64,000 nucleotides of DNA from contig NC_042997.1 in the NCBI RefSeq assembly GCF_006345805.1, positions 116,064,001 to 116,128,000 on the forward strand, written 5' to 3'. Below are positions 1 to 14,609 of this stretch, in pieces (positions within the stretch are counted from its first letter, which is position 1; each line of letters begins with the position of its first letter). Below the pieces are notes generated by a model. It was not told the origin of the DNA. It saw nothing but the letters and a program-made list of their open reading frames with translations, and ran no database searches. Origin of the DNA: Octopus sinensis (lineage: Eukaryota). The translations under genes were made by a program, and so were the position numbers.

Positions 1-217
1 GCAACCAAAGAAAAACGATTTCCCACGGCTTTATCGATCGCATTCTCACCTGGAATCGATATTTGTAATTTTTTCAAGACTTATACATGCCCTGATACCG
101 TCGGTATCTACATATCAAATTTGAGCGCAATCGGATGGAGGATGCCTCGAGATCTGAGAAGACACACACACACACACACACACGCGCACACACACACAGA
201 GAACGGATTTTATATAA
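1..217 (-). mobile_element. Partial non-autonomous Helitron-like element, cut by the window edge
   Basis: Homologous in opposite orientation to 20753-20905; carries an internal (CA)n and abuts the Helitron at 220-612. Confidence 0.5.
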
Positions 218-219
218 TA

Positions 220-612
220 CTAGCAGTATCGCCCGGCGTTGCTCGGGTTGTAAGGGAAATAACTATATAAGCATTTTTAGAGAGTTATAGCCAAAAAATA
301 GCAAAAAAAATGCATTAAAAATTGAAAAAAAATTAAGGTAAATCTTTTTTAAATCGTTGACACATCGTAGATATTTTAGAGAGTTACTTCCCTTATATAA
401 AAGCGAAAAAATACATTAAAATGGAAAAATATGATGGTAAATTTTTTAAAAATCGTAGACTCATCGTAGACGCGCGCTAATACCCAGAAGGGCTCGATAT
501 GAATCACGACTATAAGATACCCGCTTTTGGTTAAACTGCACCGCAAAATGTGGGAGTAATTACGAATGTAAATCGAAGGGGACAGACACACAACTTCACT
601 CTTATATAAAGA
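220..612 (-). mobile_element. Non-autonomous Helitron
   Basis: Minus strand starts A|TC (612), has the subterminal hairpin cccgagcaacgccggg and ends CTAG|T (220): canonical Helitron termini in an A-T target. Confidence 0.8.
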
Positions 613-613
613 T

Positions 614-938
614 GCTTTTTTTTTTCAGTCATAGAGTTAGATTTATGAAGGTCTTCAGTAGAAAATCCTTCGAATTCTGACTCGCTGCTTGATATAATGA
701 AATTCGTATCCATTTTTTGTCAGAATTACAAATTTTGAAAACACAATAGGAACAAATTTCGGAAAAAAATCTCCCATAATTCACGGAATTAAAATTACAC
801 TTCGATTTTTGTACAAAACTGTATTTGAAGTGTTTACGAAGTATAATACGTGTTTTCACGAATGTACTAAAGAGATTTACTCTGATATTCTCATTTAAAT
901 ATGAATAGGTAAATTCGGGCGGTTTGGTAACGAAAGGG
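614..938 (-). mobile_element. piggyBac-like 5' remnant interrupted by the Helitron
   Basis: Minus strand begins CCCTTTCGTTACC after a degenerate TTAA (taaa) and leads into an acidic ORF start MDTNFIISSSESEFEGFSTEDL. Confidence 0.45.
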
Positions 939-1149
939 TTTATATAAGTGTCGTCTGTTTATACATAAACACTGTTCATAGTTTCAGTTTAGTCTTCCTC
1001 AAATCACTGTCGCTAATTTACTCTCTTCCAAGAACATTTTCACTCACTGTTATCTGTTAGCTTCCCATACATTTTACTCATGTATCTATCAGCGTGATAG
1101 ACATAAACAAATATTACATTTACTTTCATTTTATTCGTTGCCCACTGTG

Positions 1150-1390
1150 TGTGTGCGTTTGCGTGTGGTGTAAACCAGACTAAGAAAAGCATTTGACACA
1201 CACACCAGAATGTGAGTTTTCTGTAAATTTTGCTTAATTGGAGTTTAAATTTTAAAAACTGGACCTGGCATGACGCGATGCATTGTACTCTTAAAACTGC
1301 TAGGTAAATTGTAATTGAAGAAATCCTATATTGTAGATTTGTATAACTCCCAAAGGGAGGCAGATAAAATCTGCCTTTTATAATAAGAGA
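1150..1390 (-). mobile_element. Helitron-like 5' end fragment
   Basis: Minus strand starts A|TCTCTTATTATAAAAGGCAG with hairpin ggcagattttatctgcc; 3' end not identified. Confidence 0.35.
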
Positions 1391-1466
1391 TATATATACA
1401 TATATTCATATATGCCTACACACCCACGTGAATACGTATACATATACCCAAACGCATGTAGTTGTC

Positions 1467-1568
1467 TATCCATCCATCCATCCGTCCGTCCGTCCGTCCG
1501 TCCGTCCATCCATCCATCCATCCATCAACCTACCTACCTACCTACCTACCTACCACCTACCTACCTAC

Positions 1569-1651
<83 letters not shown>

Positions 1652-1672
1652 CCTATCTATCTATCTATCTAT
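1467..1672. repeat. Compound tetranucleotide microsatellite (ATCC/GTCC/CTAC/CTAT)n
   Basis: Directly visible tandem arrays. Confidence 0.95.
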
Positions 1673-1983
1673 ACCATACATACACACACACAATTAATTT
1701 TGTTTCGTCTTTGATGAAAAGTTTACTTAATTTGTAAAATTATTTTAACTTTTAGCAATTTTTACATGTGTGTGTGTGTATGTGTACGTGTGTGTGGATG
1801 TATATGTGTGTGAGTGTATCTATATATATGTGTGTGTTTGTGTATATGTTTGTGTTTGTGTGTAATTACGTATGGATGGGCATGCATTTGTGTGTAAGGG
1901 TGTATAATCTAAATGAGTGTATATGACGAAATAACTAACATTGATATTACAAAAGTATTAATACGAAAACCATCATCACCACC

Positions 1984-2015
<32 letters not shown>

Positions 2016-2454
2016 CAACAACACCAACAACATACACATAAGACAAAATATTTCAAAAAGTCTGAATGAAAACGATGATTGTTGACCGTGGAAACATGGC
2101 ATCTAATCCACATGGTGATTGAGGTGATGAGATGATGTCGACGAAGATGATGTTGTGACGGAATATAGCACAGGAATAACATTAAAAAAAAAACCCTCAC
2201 TAGTCTACCAGGGTACGGTGGGGTTGGTGTGGGGGTGGGGATGTTCTCAGAAGAATAGTGTCAACAACTGTTACGATCGCTTGTTGATTGAGAAACTCGT
2301 CAAATACTAACTAAAATTTGAACTTTCTCACGTTTCGACAGAATTTTTAACACTAAACATTTGAATGCTTGCAAAATGTTGATGATTAGTAAGAAAAGGG
2401 TGTGGAGGCCATGGAAGGAGGCAGAGAGGGTGATAGAAGCACTGGTTGCGATGA

Positions 2455-2985
2455 TGGTGATGGTGGTGGTGGTTATAGTGGTAGAAACAGAGAGATGCAG
2501 AGACTGAGAGGATTGCAGGATGGACGCTGAGGGAGTTTGACGAATATAGAGTTACTTACTTCCCGACAAATGGGATTAAAATGGAAGATATTGAGACGGT
2601 CAGCAGCATCGATGAAGTCATCGTCATCCTCGTCACCAGAACCATCATTATCAGCACCATCACCATCAATGTTGATTGTCGTCATCTTCGTCATTCACGC
2701 ATCATCATCATCATCATCATCATCAACATCATCATCATCATCATCATCTATCCATCAATCCAGTTCTCCCCTCCTTCATCCCCTCCATCCCTCACCCCCA
2801 TTCATCCATTTATTCACTCGCACACGCATGCTCACAGCCACCAACCCATCTATCCGTCCATCCATCCATACTTCCATCCTTCCATCCACCCACCTATTCG
2901 CCCATCCATTCATTCACTCACGCACGCACACATCCACCAACCCATCCATCCGTCCATCCGTCCATCCATCTACCCGTCCATCTTC
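2455..2985. repeat. Low-complexity (CAT)n and degenerate (ATCC)n tracts
   Basis: Visible arrays; they account for the His/Ser/Ile-rich ORFs at 2537-3056. Confidence 0.85.
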
Positions 2986-2999
2986 TTCACCCACTATTC

Positions 3000-3175
3000 C
3001 CGGGAGGATCATGGTGGGTAGAGTCCTCAGAGCCCTCCTCCATAGGATTCTATTAGAAGCAACCGTCATTACATTCTCCAGCTGCAGTCCCAATTGTGAC
3101 CAACGGAGAGTACGGATATTATCCAACCATCTCATTCTTGGTCAACCGCCAGCTCTCCTACTGGTTGGCTCGGAT
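3000..3175 (-). mobile_element. RTE-clade LINE 3' remnant
   Basis: Minus translation PRMRWLDNIRTLRWSQLGLQLENVMTVASNRILWRR matches the RTE C-terminal GRPRMRWLD...A.DR..WR motif, preceded by a stop. Confidence 0.65.
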
Positions 3176-3650
3176 TGAAGAATACGTCTTTCGATTCTTT
3201 GTTACCTGCTGCATCTTTATCATCATCTTTACTGGTTTTTACCAGATGCAACCAGATGCATGCAGCATAATAACAAAATGCCCTGTCACTGAGGCCTCCT
3301 TGGCATAAAACACCGAAAGCCAGGAGAACATATGTAGAGAAACTGAAAGACTGAAAGTTGAATTGGAGTAGTCGTTGAATAGGGGTGTTAGTGTGAGTTT
3401 CAGAAATGGTGTCCGTTTGTCTCCTCGGCCTTCCTTTACTCTTTCTCTCTCTCACATACAAATATATACGCACACTTTCTTACTCTCTCAATACTATATG
3501 TATGTACGCTATTATTTAATTTTATTTCGAGAATTCTCGCCAGTGGCATTTGAAATAGCAAACAAAGTTTAATAATTGCAGTTATAACGATGTCATTTGT
3601 CTGTACATTTCGAGTGAAATGTAATTGTTTCCCGGTATATATCTGGTGGA

Positions 3651-3883
3651 AGGCGGCGAGCTGGCAGAAACGTTAGCACGCCGGGCGAAATGCGCAGCCG
3701 TATTTCGTCTGCCGTAACGTTCTGAGTTCAAATTCCGCCGAGGTCGACTTTGCCTTTCATTCTTTCGGGGTCAATAAATTAAGTACCAGTTATGCACTGG
3801 ATTCGATGTAATCGACTTAATCCGTTTGTCTGCCCTTGTTTGTCCCCTCTGTGTTTAGCCCCTTGTGGGTAGTAAAGAAGTAG
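3651..3883 (+). mobile_element. CORE-type tRNA-derived SINE (type A, OR2-like), short form with TSD
   Basis: Head ggcggcgagctggcagaaacgttagc, B-box gagttcaaattcc, CORE gaggtcgactttgcctttcat...; TSD ggtatatat(c/t)tggtgg at 3634-3649 and 3883-3898. Confidence 0.9.
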
Positions 3884-4176
3884 GTATATATTTGGTGGGG
3901 CAATTTAAGTAAACATGAGTTGATATCAATATGCATCTATCCTTGTTTATCAGTTATTCATTCACCATTGAGTGTACCGTCTAACAATTTGTAACTGTAA
4001 GTATAAACTTGTATTATGTTGCTACCAAATTTGGGTTGTCTGAAACTCTGCAACAATACAAAATTTCATATCGACACTCTTATGTTCAATGTGGTCGAAG
4101 TCCTTAATATGATTTGTTGTGCCCAAAGAGATGTCTTCATTTCATGTATTTACCTCTCTATATATTAGATATGCTA

Positions 4177-4812
4177 AGGCGAAGAGGTGGCAGAACCGTA
4201 AGCACATCAAGCAAAATGCTTAGCAGCATTTCATCCGGTCCCTTACGCTCTAAGTTCAAATCCCGTCGAGATCTAATTTGCTTTTCATTTCTTCGGAGTT
4301 GATGAAATAAAGTACCAGTCAAGTACTGGGGTCAATATAATCGAGGGCGGCGATCTGGCGGAAACGTTAGTAAGCCGGGAAAAATGCTTAGCGGTATTTT
4401 GTCTGCCGCTACGTTTTGAGTTCAAATTCCGCCGAGGTCGACTTTGCCTTTCATCCTTTCGGGGTCGATTAAATAAGTACCAGTTATGCACTGGGGCCGA
4501 TATAATCGACTTAATCCGTTTGTCTGTCTTTGTTTGTCCTCTCTGTGTTTAGCCCCTTGTGGGTAGGAAAGAAATAGGTATTTCGTTTGTCTTTATGTTC
4601 TGAGATCAAATTCCGCTGAGGTCGACTTTGCCTTTCATTCTTTCGGGGTCGATTAAATAAGTACCACTTATGTGCTGCAGTCGATGTAATCGACTTAATC
4701 CCGTTGTCCTGCCTTGTTTGTCCCCTCTATATTTAGCTCCCCACTGTGGGCAATAAAGAAATAAATATAATCGACTTGTCTCCTCCTCTCAGAATTTCCG
4801 ACCTTGAATCCG
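4177..4812 (+). mobile_element. Cluster of type A SINE modules (three CORE-like repeats)
   Basis: Repeated gtcgactttgcctttcat(c/t)ctttcggggtcgat..aagtacca modules with an intervening spacer and tail. Confidence 0.85.
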
Positions 4813-5039
4813 GCAACCTTCAGAGGGAATGTTGCGATCACAATCGCTTATGCGCCATGAAAACCGGGAAACCGAATCCAAGTATTTTAGGGCTGAAGAT
4901 AACAAAAATAAGATTTGTCATTTCAGCTCATGTCCATTCTGTTACGAGCAACACGATATTTCTCTATAACCATCAAGTCACAGCGATAATTCTTAGGATT
5001 GCTAAAACTGCACTAAAGAATCCATTTCTCTATTTGAGA

Positions 5040-5205
5040 AATGAGGAATTATATACATTATTTACACTATTTACATTTGACGGACCTTTGTCCCCATTTT
5101 GTTTGTTGTTAACACAACGTTTCGGCTGATATACCCTCCAGCCTTCATCAGGTGTCTTAGTGGAATTTCGAACCTGGATTTTCATTCCCAAGGTATTTTC
5201 CGATG
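5040..5205 (-). mobile_element. Penelope-like terminal (pLTR-like) fragment carrying a hammerhead
   Basis: Contains an intact hammerhead motif at 5111-5156 and lies next to (GTT)/(TTA)n; the Penelope link is inferred from the motif type. Confidence 0.55.
5111..5156 (-). ncRNA. Type I short-stem-III hammerhead ribozyme
   Basis: 5'-GACAC CUGAUGA A GGCUG-GAGGGUAUAU-CAGCC GAAA CGUU GUGUU-3': full core, 5-bp stem II, 5-bp stem I, palindromic ACGU stem III, GUU site. Confidence 0.75.
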
Positions 5206-5223
5206 TTGTTGTTGTTGCTGTTG

Positions 5224-5284
<61 letters not shown>

Positions 5285-5625
5285 GTGAAGGCGCATGGCT
5301 CAGTGGTTAGAGCGTCGGGCTAACGATCGTGAGGTTGTGAGTTCGATTCCCGGACCGGGCTGCGTGTTGTGTTCTTGAGCAAGACTCTTTATTTCACGTT
5401 GCTCCAGTTAACTCAGCTGTGGAAATGAGTTGCGACATCACTGGTGCCAAGCTGCATCGGCCCTTGCCTTTCCCTTGAATAACATCAGTGGTGTGGAGAG
5501 AGGAGGTTGGTATGTATGGGCGACTGCTGGCCTTCCAAAACAATCTTTCCCGAACTTGTGCCTGGGAGGGTAACTTTCTAGGTGCAATCCCATGGTCATT
5601 CATGACCGAAAGGGGTCTCCTCCTC

Positions 5626-5675
<50 letters not shown>

Positions 5676-6004
5676 GTCTCACTGCCTCGAATCGAACTCG
5701 GAATCTTGGGTTAGTAGCCCGCGCTCTTCACCAGTTCGGGCAAGATTGTTTTGGAAGGCCAGCAGTCGCCCATGCATACCAACCTCCTCTCTCCACACCA
5801 CTGATGTTATTCAAGGGAAAGGCAAGGGCCGATGCAGCTTGGCACCAGTGATGTCGCAACTCATTTCCACAGCTGAGTTAACTGGAGCAACGTGAAATAA
5901 AGTGTCTTGCTCAAGAACACAACACGCAACCCGGTCCGGGAATCGAACTCACAACCTCACGATCGTTAGCCCGACGCTCTAACCACTGAGCCATGCGCCT
6001 TCAC

Positions 6005-6065
<61 letters not shown>

Positions 6066-6162
6066 TGATGATGATGATGATGATAATAATAACAACAGCA
6101 ACAATAACAACATCGAAAATACCTTGGGAATGAAAATCCAGGTTCGAAATTCCCCTAAGACA
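5153..6162. repeat. Large inverted duplication (arms 5153-5556 and 5733-6162)
   Basis: Arms are reverse complements with about five substitutions plus microsatellite length and content changes; 176-bp spacer. Confidence 0.95.
5287..5620 (+). mobile_element. tRNA-derived SINE type C; its inverted copy is at 5733-6004
   Basis: A-box tggctcagtgg, B-box gagttcgattccc, central ttgagcaagac..tttcacgttgctccag..actcagctg, (TAT)n tail. Confidence 0.9.
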
Positions 6163-6619
6163 TATTTCTCTTTTGCTCAGTATTATGTTATATGGTCTTG
6201 TGCTGGGCTGAGCAGACCTCGTCTAATATGGAAGTCTCACCAAAGAACACCCCCCCCCCCAAAAAAATGCTACTAACTCCTAAACACTTGTTGAATAAAA
6301 CGTGTCTTTTAGAATTGCCTAAGCTGTGAATCAATTCAGAATTACAAGAAAACACAGAAAGATTCCATTTTCACAAGTTACACTCTGACTCTCTTTACTC
6401 TTTTACTTGTTTCAGTCATTTGACAGTGGCCATGCTGGAGCAGTGTCCATTATTTCACAAGTCCTAGAAACATGGACAAACTGGATTTTAGACACTTAGC
6501 GGTGTTATAATAAAAATATACGTAACTATACATGAGGATTGCATAAAATCTTGTAATAAGCTAAGCCATTGGACTTCAACGTATTTCTACAGCTTTTCGT
6601 AAACAGGTACCTCAGCTAA

Positions 6620-9130
<2,511 letters not shown>

Positions 9131-9507
9131 TATATATAATGCATCTTATTGAACTGGAAGAAGATTCGTATTCTGGTAATCTGTGACAGGTCGATGGTGA
9201 CTGCATATTTGTGACCAGTGGCTGTGAACGAATTTCTAAAGCTTATCTTTGTGTGATGTGGTGGTAAGCGATCGCATTTTATTGGGACGCAACGTTTCTT
9301 TCGGTCATAAAATATATTAGAAATATGACCATCAAAGCAGATTAAGTATTTAACAACAACAACAACAGCAGCAGCAGCAACAACAACAACAACAACAACA
9401 ACAAACAGCAGCAACAGCAAGCAAAAGCAACAACAACAAAAAACAACAACAACACAACAACAAACAACAACAACACAACAACAACAACACACAACAACAA
9501 CAACAAC

Positions 9508-9542
<35 letters not shown>

Positions 9543-9655
9543 AACAATAACAATAATAATAATAATAATAATATAATAATAATATAATAATAATATAAGA
9601 GAAGAAGAAGAAGAAGAATAAGAAAAAGAATAAGAATAGACTAATGAAAATAATA

Positions 9656-9818
9656 GGCACAGGCGTGGGCTTTGTGGTAAGCAGCTTGCTTACCATCGAC
9701 ATGGTTCCGGGTTCAGTCCTACTGCGTGGCACCTTGGGCAAGTGTCTCCTACTACGGACTTGGGCCGACCAAGCCTTGTGAGAGGATTTGGTACGCAGAA
9801 ACTGATAAGAAACCCTTC

Positions 9819-9879
<61 letters not shown>

Positions 9880-10075
9880 TGTGTTTGTCCCCCCCCCCAT
9901 CGCTTGACAACCGATATCGGTGTGTTTACGTCCCCGTAAATTAGCGGCTCGGCAAAAGAGATTGATAGAATAATCGTCGGTTGATAGAATAAGTCCTAGG
10001 GTCGAATTGTTTGACTAAAGTCGGTGCTCCAGAATGGCTGCAGTCAAACGACTGAAACAAATAAAAGAATAATAT
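9656..10075 (+). mobile_element. tRNA-derived SINE type B with internal microsatellite
   Basis: Head gtggtaagcagcttgct..ggttccgggttcagtcc, gcaccttgggcaagtgtc, internal (TA)n(TATG)n, tail ggtgctccag..atggctgcagtc..gactgaaac. Confidence 0.9.
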
Positions 10076-10097
10076 ATTAGCAAGCCTTCATACTTAA

Positions 10098-10790
10098 GGT
10101 ACAGAGCCTGAAATTTCGGGAGAGAAAGTCGTCGATTACGTCGACCCCAGTATGCAACTGGTACTTAATTTATCGACCTTCAAAGGATGAAAGGCAAAGT
10201 CGACCTATTAACTTAGAAAGTTGAAACGCACGAAATGTCGCTCAGTATTTCGTCCGGCGTGCTAACGATTCTGTCTGCTTGCTCTCATGGCTTCTGTAAA
10301 ATATGGGCTACAGCTAATATTCTACTCAGTATCACAGATTTGCTAGTCAATTGCTTGACCGTAACCAGTTGGTCACTGACAACATGTGTATCACTTAGGC
10401 GGCGAGCTGGCAGAAACGTTAGCACGCCGAGCGAAATGCTTAGCAGTATTTCGTCTGCCGTTACGTTCTGATTTCAAATTCCGCCGAGGTCGACTTTGCC
10501 TTTGATCCTTTCGGGGCCGATTAAATAAGTATCAGTTACGCAATGGGGTCGATATAATCGACTTAATCTGTTTGTCTGTCCTTGTTTGTCCTCTCTGTAT
10601 TTAGCCTCTTGTGGGGTAGTAAAGAAATAGGTATTTCGTCCATCTTTACATTCTAAGTTCATATTCCGCTGAGATTGACTTTGCTTTTTATCCTGTTGGC
10701 GTAGACAAATTAAGTACCAGTTGCGTACTGGGGTCGATGTAGTCGACTGGCCCCCTCCCCAAATATTTCGACCGGCGTAATGGGGATTTT
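10098..10790. mobile_element. Two type A SINEs in divergent orientation (minus ~10098-10290, plus ~10397-10790)
   Basis: CORE modules and heads match the copy at 3651. Confidence 0.85.
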
Positions 10791-11259
10791 AATGCAATAA
10801 AATGGAAGGATAGGATCCAAAATTTGTGAACACGTGAAATGCGAGGTCCGCCCGATGGAGGAAAACCTACAATTAGGGCCAATCAATGAATGCTGCAGAT
10901 CAAGGATTACTCTGACTAAAAAGGGCTCAGGCTTTCGGCCAGCTTTTCGTCTTGACCATATTTGTTTCCGTCACCTACCTTAGGACAAATCTCATTGGGA
11001 GAGGGCATTTCCATCTCCACCCACACGTACTTCCCAAGAGGAAATTTTAAAAGTGTACACGGGTTTACATTATATAGTGTGTCCTAATTTTGTAAGACAT
11101 TTGGGTTAAACTTTAAGGGGCAGTTAGTAACTATTTCTAGCAAATCGTTCCTCTTTGGCCGTTTGTGTATGTGTGTGTGTGTGTGTGTCTGTATCTGTGT
11201 GAGTGTGTTTAAGTCTCTCTTTGTGTCTCTTTCTCTCTCCCTAAACACACACATACATA

Positions 11260-12470
11260 CATACGTACACACATGCATACATACACATACATACATACAT
11301 ACATACATACATACATACATACATACATACATACATACATGAAAATCAAAAATGTCTAAGTCATTAAAAAAGATTAATTTTCTCCGTTATTAATCTGATC
11401 TTTACAATGTATGTATGTATGTATGTATGTATGTATGTATGTATGTATGTATGATGCATGTATGTATGTATGTATGTATGTATGCATGTATGTATGTATG
11501 TCGTATGTATGTATGTATGTATGTATTATGTATGTATGCATGTATATGTATGTATGTAATGTATGTGATGTATGTATAGTATGTATCTATGTATGCATAT
11601 ATGTATTATATGTATAGATGTATGTAATGTTTATGTATGTATAGATGTATGTAGTATGTATGTATAGATGTATGTATGTATGTATGCATGTATGTATGTA
11701 TGTATGTATGTATGTGTATGTATGCTGTATGTATGTATGTATAGATGTATCTATGTATGCATTATGTATGTATGTATAGATCTTCTGTATGTATGTATGT
11801 ATGTATAGAATATGATGTATGTATGTATGTATGTATGTATTTATAGATATATGTATGTTATGTAATGCATGTATGTATGTATGTATGTATGTTAGTAAAT
11901 GTATGTATGTATGTATGATGTAGATGTATCATATGTATGCATATATGTATGTATGTATAGATGTATGTAATGTATGTATGTATGTATGTATGTATGTATG
12001 TATGTATGTATGCATGTATGTATGTATGTATGTCTGTATAGATGTATCTATGTATACATGTATGTATGTATGTATAGATGTATGTATGTATGTATGCATG
12101 CATGTATGTATGTATGTTTGTGTGTATGTATGTATGTATGTATGTATCTATGTATGTATGTATGTATCTATGTATGCATGTATGTATGTGTCTATGTATG
12201 CATGTATGTATGTATGTATGTTTGCGTGTATGTATGTATGTATTTATGTATGCATGTATGTATGTATGTATGTATGTATGTATGTATGTATCTATGTATG
12301 TATGTATGTATGTATCTATGTATGCATGTATGTATGTGTCTATGTATGCATGTATTATGTATGTATGTATGTATGTTTGCGTGTATGTATGTATGTATTT
12401 ATGTATGTATGTATGTATGTATGTATGTATGTATGTGTGTATGTATGTATGTATGTATGCATGTATGTAT
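11260..12470. repeat. (CATA)n followed by a ~1.07-kb degenerate (TATG)n array
   Basis: Visible; source of the MYVC/YIHT ORFs. Confidence 0.95.
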
Positions 12471-12472
12471 GA

Positions 12473-12835
12473 AGACGTGGTTGTGTGGAAAGAAGTTTGC
12501 CTTCTAACCATACCATTCAGGGTTCTGTTCCACTGTGTGGCATCTTGGGCAAGTGTCTTCTACTACAGCCTCGGACCAACCAAATCCTTGTTTGTAGTTT
12601 GGTAGACGGAAAGTGAAAGAAGAGCGCCGCGCGCGCGCGTCTCTGTGTGTGCGCGTGTGTGTATTTAAAAGCGTGGCTGTGTGATAAGTAGCTTGCTTCC
12701 CAACTACATTGTTCCAGGTTCAGTCCCACTTCGTGGCTCCTTGGGTAAGTGTCTTCTATTCTTCTACTATACCCTCGGGCCGACCAAAGCTTTGCGAGTG
12801 GATTTAGTAGACGGAAACCAGAAGCTCGTCGTATA
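12473..12835 (+). mobile_element. Two type B SINE 5' halves
   Basis: Heads and ttgggcaagtgtcttct motifs at ~12473-12625 and ~12668-12835. Confidence 0.8.
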
Positions 12836-12838
12836 TAA

Positions 12839-12886
<48 letters not shown>

Positions 12887-12906
12887 TATATATAATATAT
12901 TATACG

Positions 12907-12926
<20 letters not shown>

Positions 12927-12939
<13 letters not shown>

Positions 12940-13454
12940 AAAAAATGAAGTTCGAAAATGCTGCTATATTATACAATTTTTTAATTTTTATTATACATTA
13001 TAACATGTTTCAGTTCCTGAAATGAACCTTATCAAAAAAAGTTATATATAAAAAAGACAGCTCATGCCGTCAAACACAAGAAATTCATTTACAATACACA
13101 ACGGAGTCAGACATCTTAAAGTCATATATAGTTTGAAGTAAGTCATTCATGCTATATGTTCAAAGTGTTTTTTTTTTATTGAATACGTATCGCCACCGTG
13201 GGCCACTACATCGAACACTTTGAACATAGCCTGAATGAACTTGCTTCAAACTATATATGAACTTTAAGATGTCTGACTCCGTTGTGTATTGTAAATGAAT
13301 TTCTTGTGTTTGACGGCATGAGCTGTCTTTTTTTATATATAACTTTTTTTGATAAGGTTCATTTCAGGAACTGAACATGTTATAATGTATATATAAAAAT
13401 TAAAAATTGTATAATATAGCAGCATTTTCGAACTTCATTTTTTACAAATATATA
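12927..13454. repeat. Inverted duplication (arms ~12927-13169 and 13214-13454), 44-bp spacer
   Basis: Arms are reverse complements with a few small indels and substitutions; flanked by (TA)n. Confidence 0.95.
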
Positions 13455-13504
13455 CCTACTCGTATACGAGCTAATCCTATTATAAATATATATATATATA
13501 TATA

Positions 13505-13685
13505 TATATCGCTAGCCACTACACATTCTTTATATTTTTCTCTCCATCTCTCTCTGTGTCCCTTTCTGTGGAAGAGCGAAGGCTTGATGCGTTAAAGACG
13601 TTTTCACTTCCCGAACGTTATACTAATACATGTTTGTTGTCTACACCACCTGTCTCCGTCTTTTGTTTTTATGTGAATTCTCTCT
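13505..13685 (+). mobile_element. Hammerhead-bearing short element, family alpha (degenerate core)
   Basis: tcgctagccactacac...ctgtggaagagcgaaggcttgatgcgttaaag...gaattctct, between (TA)n and (CT)n. Confidence 0.7.
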
Positions 13686-13692
13686 CCCCCCC

Positions 13693-13739
<47 letters not shown>

Positions 13740-13840
13740 AGAACGACAAAATAAGTACTAGACTTACAAAGAATAAGTCCTGGGGTCGATTTGTTCGACT
13801 AAAGGCGGTGCTCCAGTAAAAGAATAAAAGTAAGGAATAA

Positions 13841-13908
<68 letters not shown>

Positions 13909-14049
13909 GTATATGTGTGTGTGTGAGTGAGTGTCTGTGTTGCATGTGTGTATCTTTGAGACGGTGTTTGTCACCTATCCCTGCCTAACAACCGGTGCTG
14001 GTGTGTTTATGGCCCCGTAACTTAGCGATTCGATAGAATAGGTACGAGG

Positions 14050-14455
14050 CTATGGCGACGAAGCTGCCAGAGTCGTTAGCACGTCGGGCGAAATCCTGAG
14101 CAGTATTTCGTCTGTCTTTATGTTCTGGGTTCAAATTCCGCCGCGGTCGACTTTGCCTTTCATCTTTTCGGAGTCGATAAATTAAGTACCAGTTACGCAT
14201 TGGGGTCGATGTAATCGACTTAATCCGTTTGTCTGTCCTTGTTTGTCCCCTCTGTGTTTAGCCCCTTGTGGGTAATAAAGAAATAGATATTTCGGCTGTC
14301 TTTACGTTCTGAGTTTAAATTCAGTCGACATCGACTTTGCCTTTCATCCTTTCGGGGTCGATAAATTAAGTACTAGTTACATACTAGAGTCGATCTAATC
14401 GACTGGCCCTCTCCTCAAAAATTTCGGGCCTCGTGCCTAGTGTAGAAAAGAATAA
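14050..14455 (+). mobile_element. Type A SINE, full bipartite form
   Basis: Head, CORE, spacer, second CORE, tail aatttcgggcctcgtgcctagtgtagaaaagaat. Confidence 0.85.
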
Positions 14456-14609
14456 GTACGAGATCTTAACAGAAAAGAAAAGTAGTACTGTAATCGATTC
14501 GTTCGACTAAGATTTTTGAAGGCGGTGCCCCAGCATGGCCACAGTCTAACGATCGAAACAAGTAAAGGGTGAAAGATAATCTATCTCTCTTTCTAATATA
14601 TATCTTTTC

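Noticed and set aside
4975-5031. Apparent minus-strand terminal exon RNGFFSAVLAILRIIAVT*
   Set aside because: Its acceptor (ttcctcatttctcaaatag) lies at the end of the Penelope-like fragment and the peptide is short and unrecognised.
9135-9345. Protein-like stretch CFDGHISNIFYDRKKRCVPIKCDRLP (minus) and the in-register plus frame VDGDCIFVTSGCER
   Set aside because: The minus frame lacks usable splice sites; the plus exon is short and unrecognised. The strand cannot be decided.
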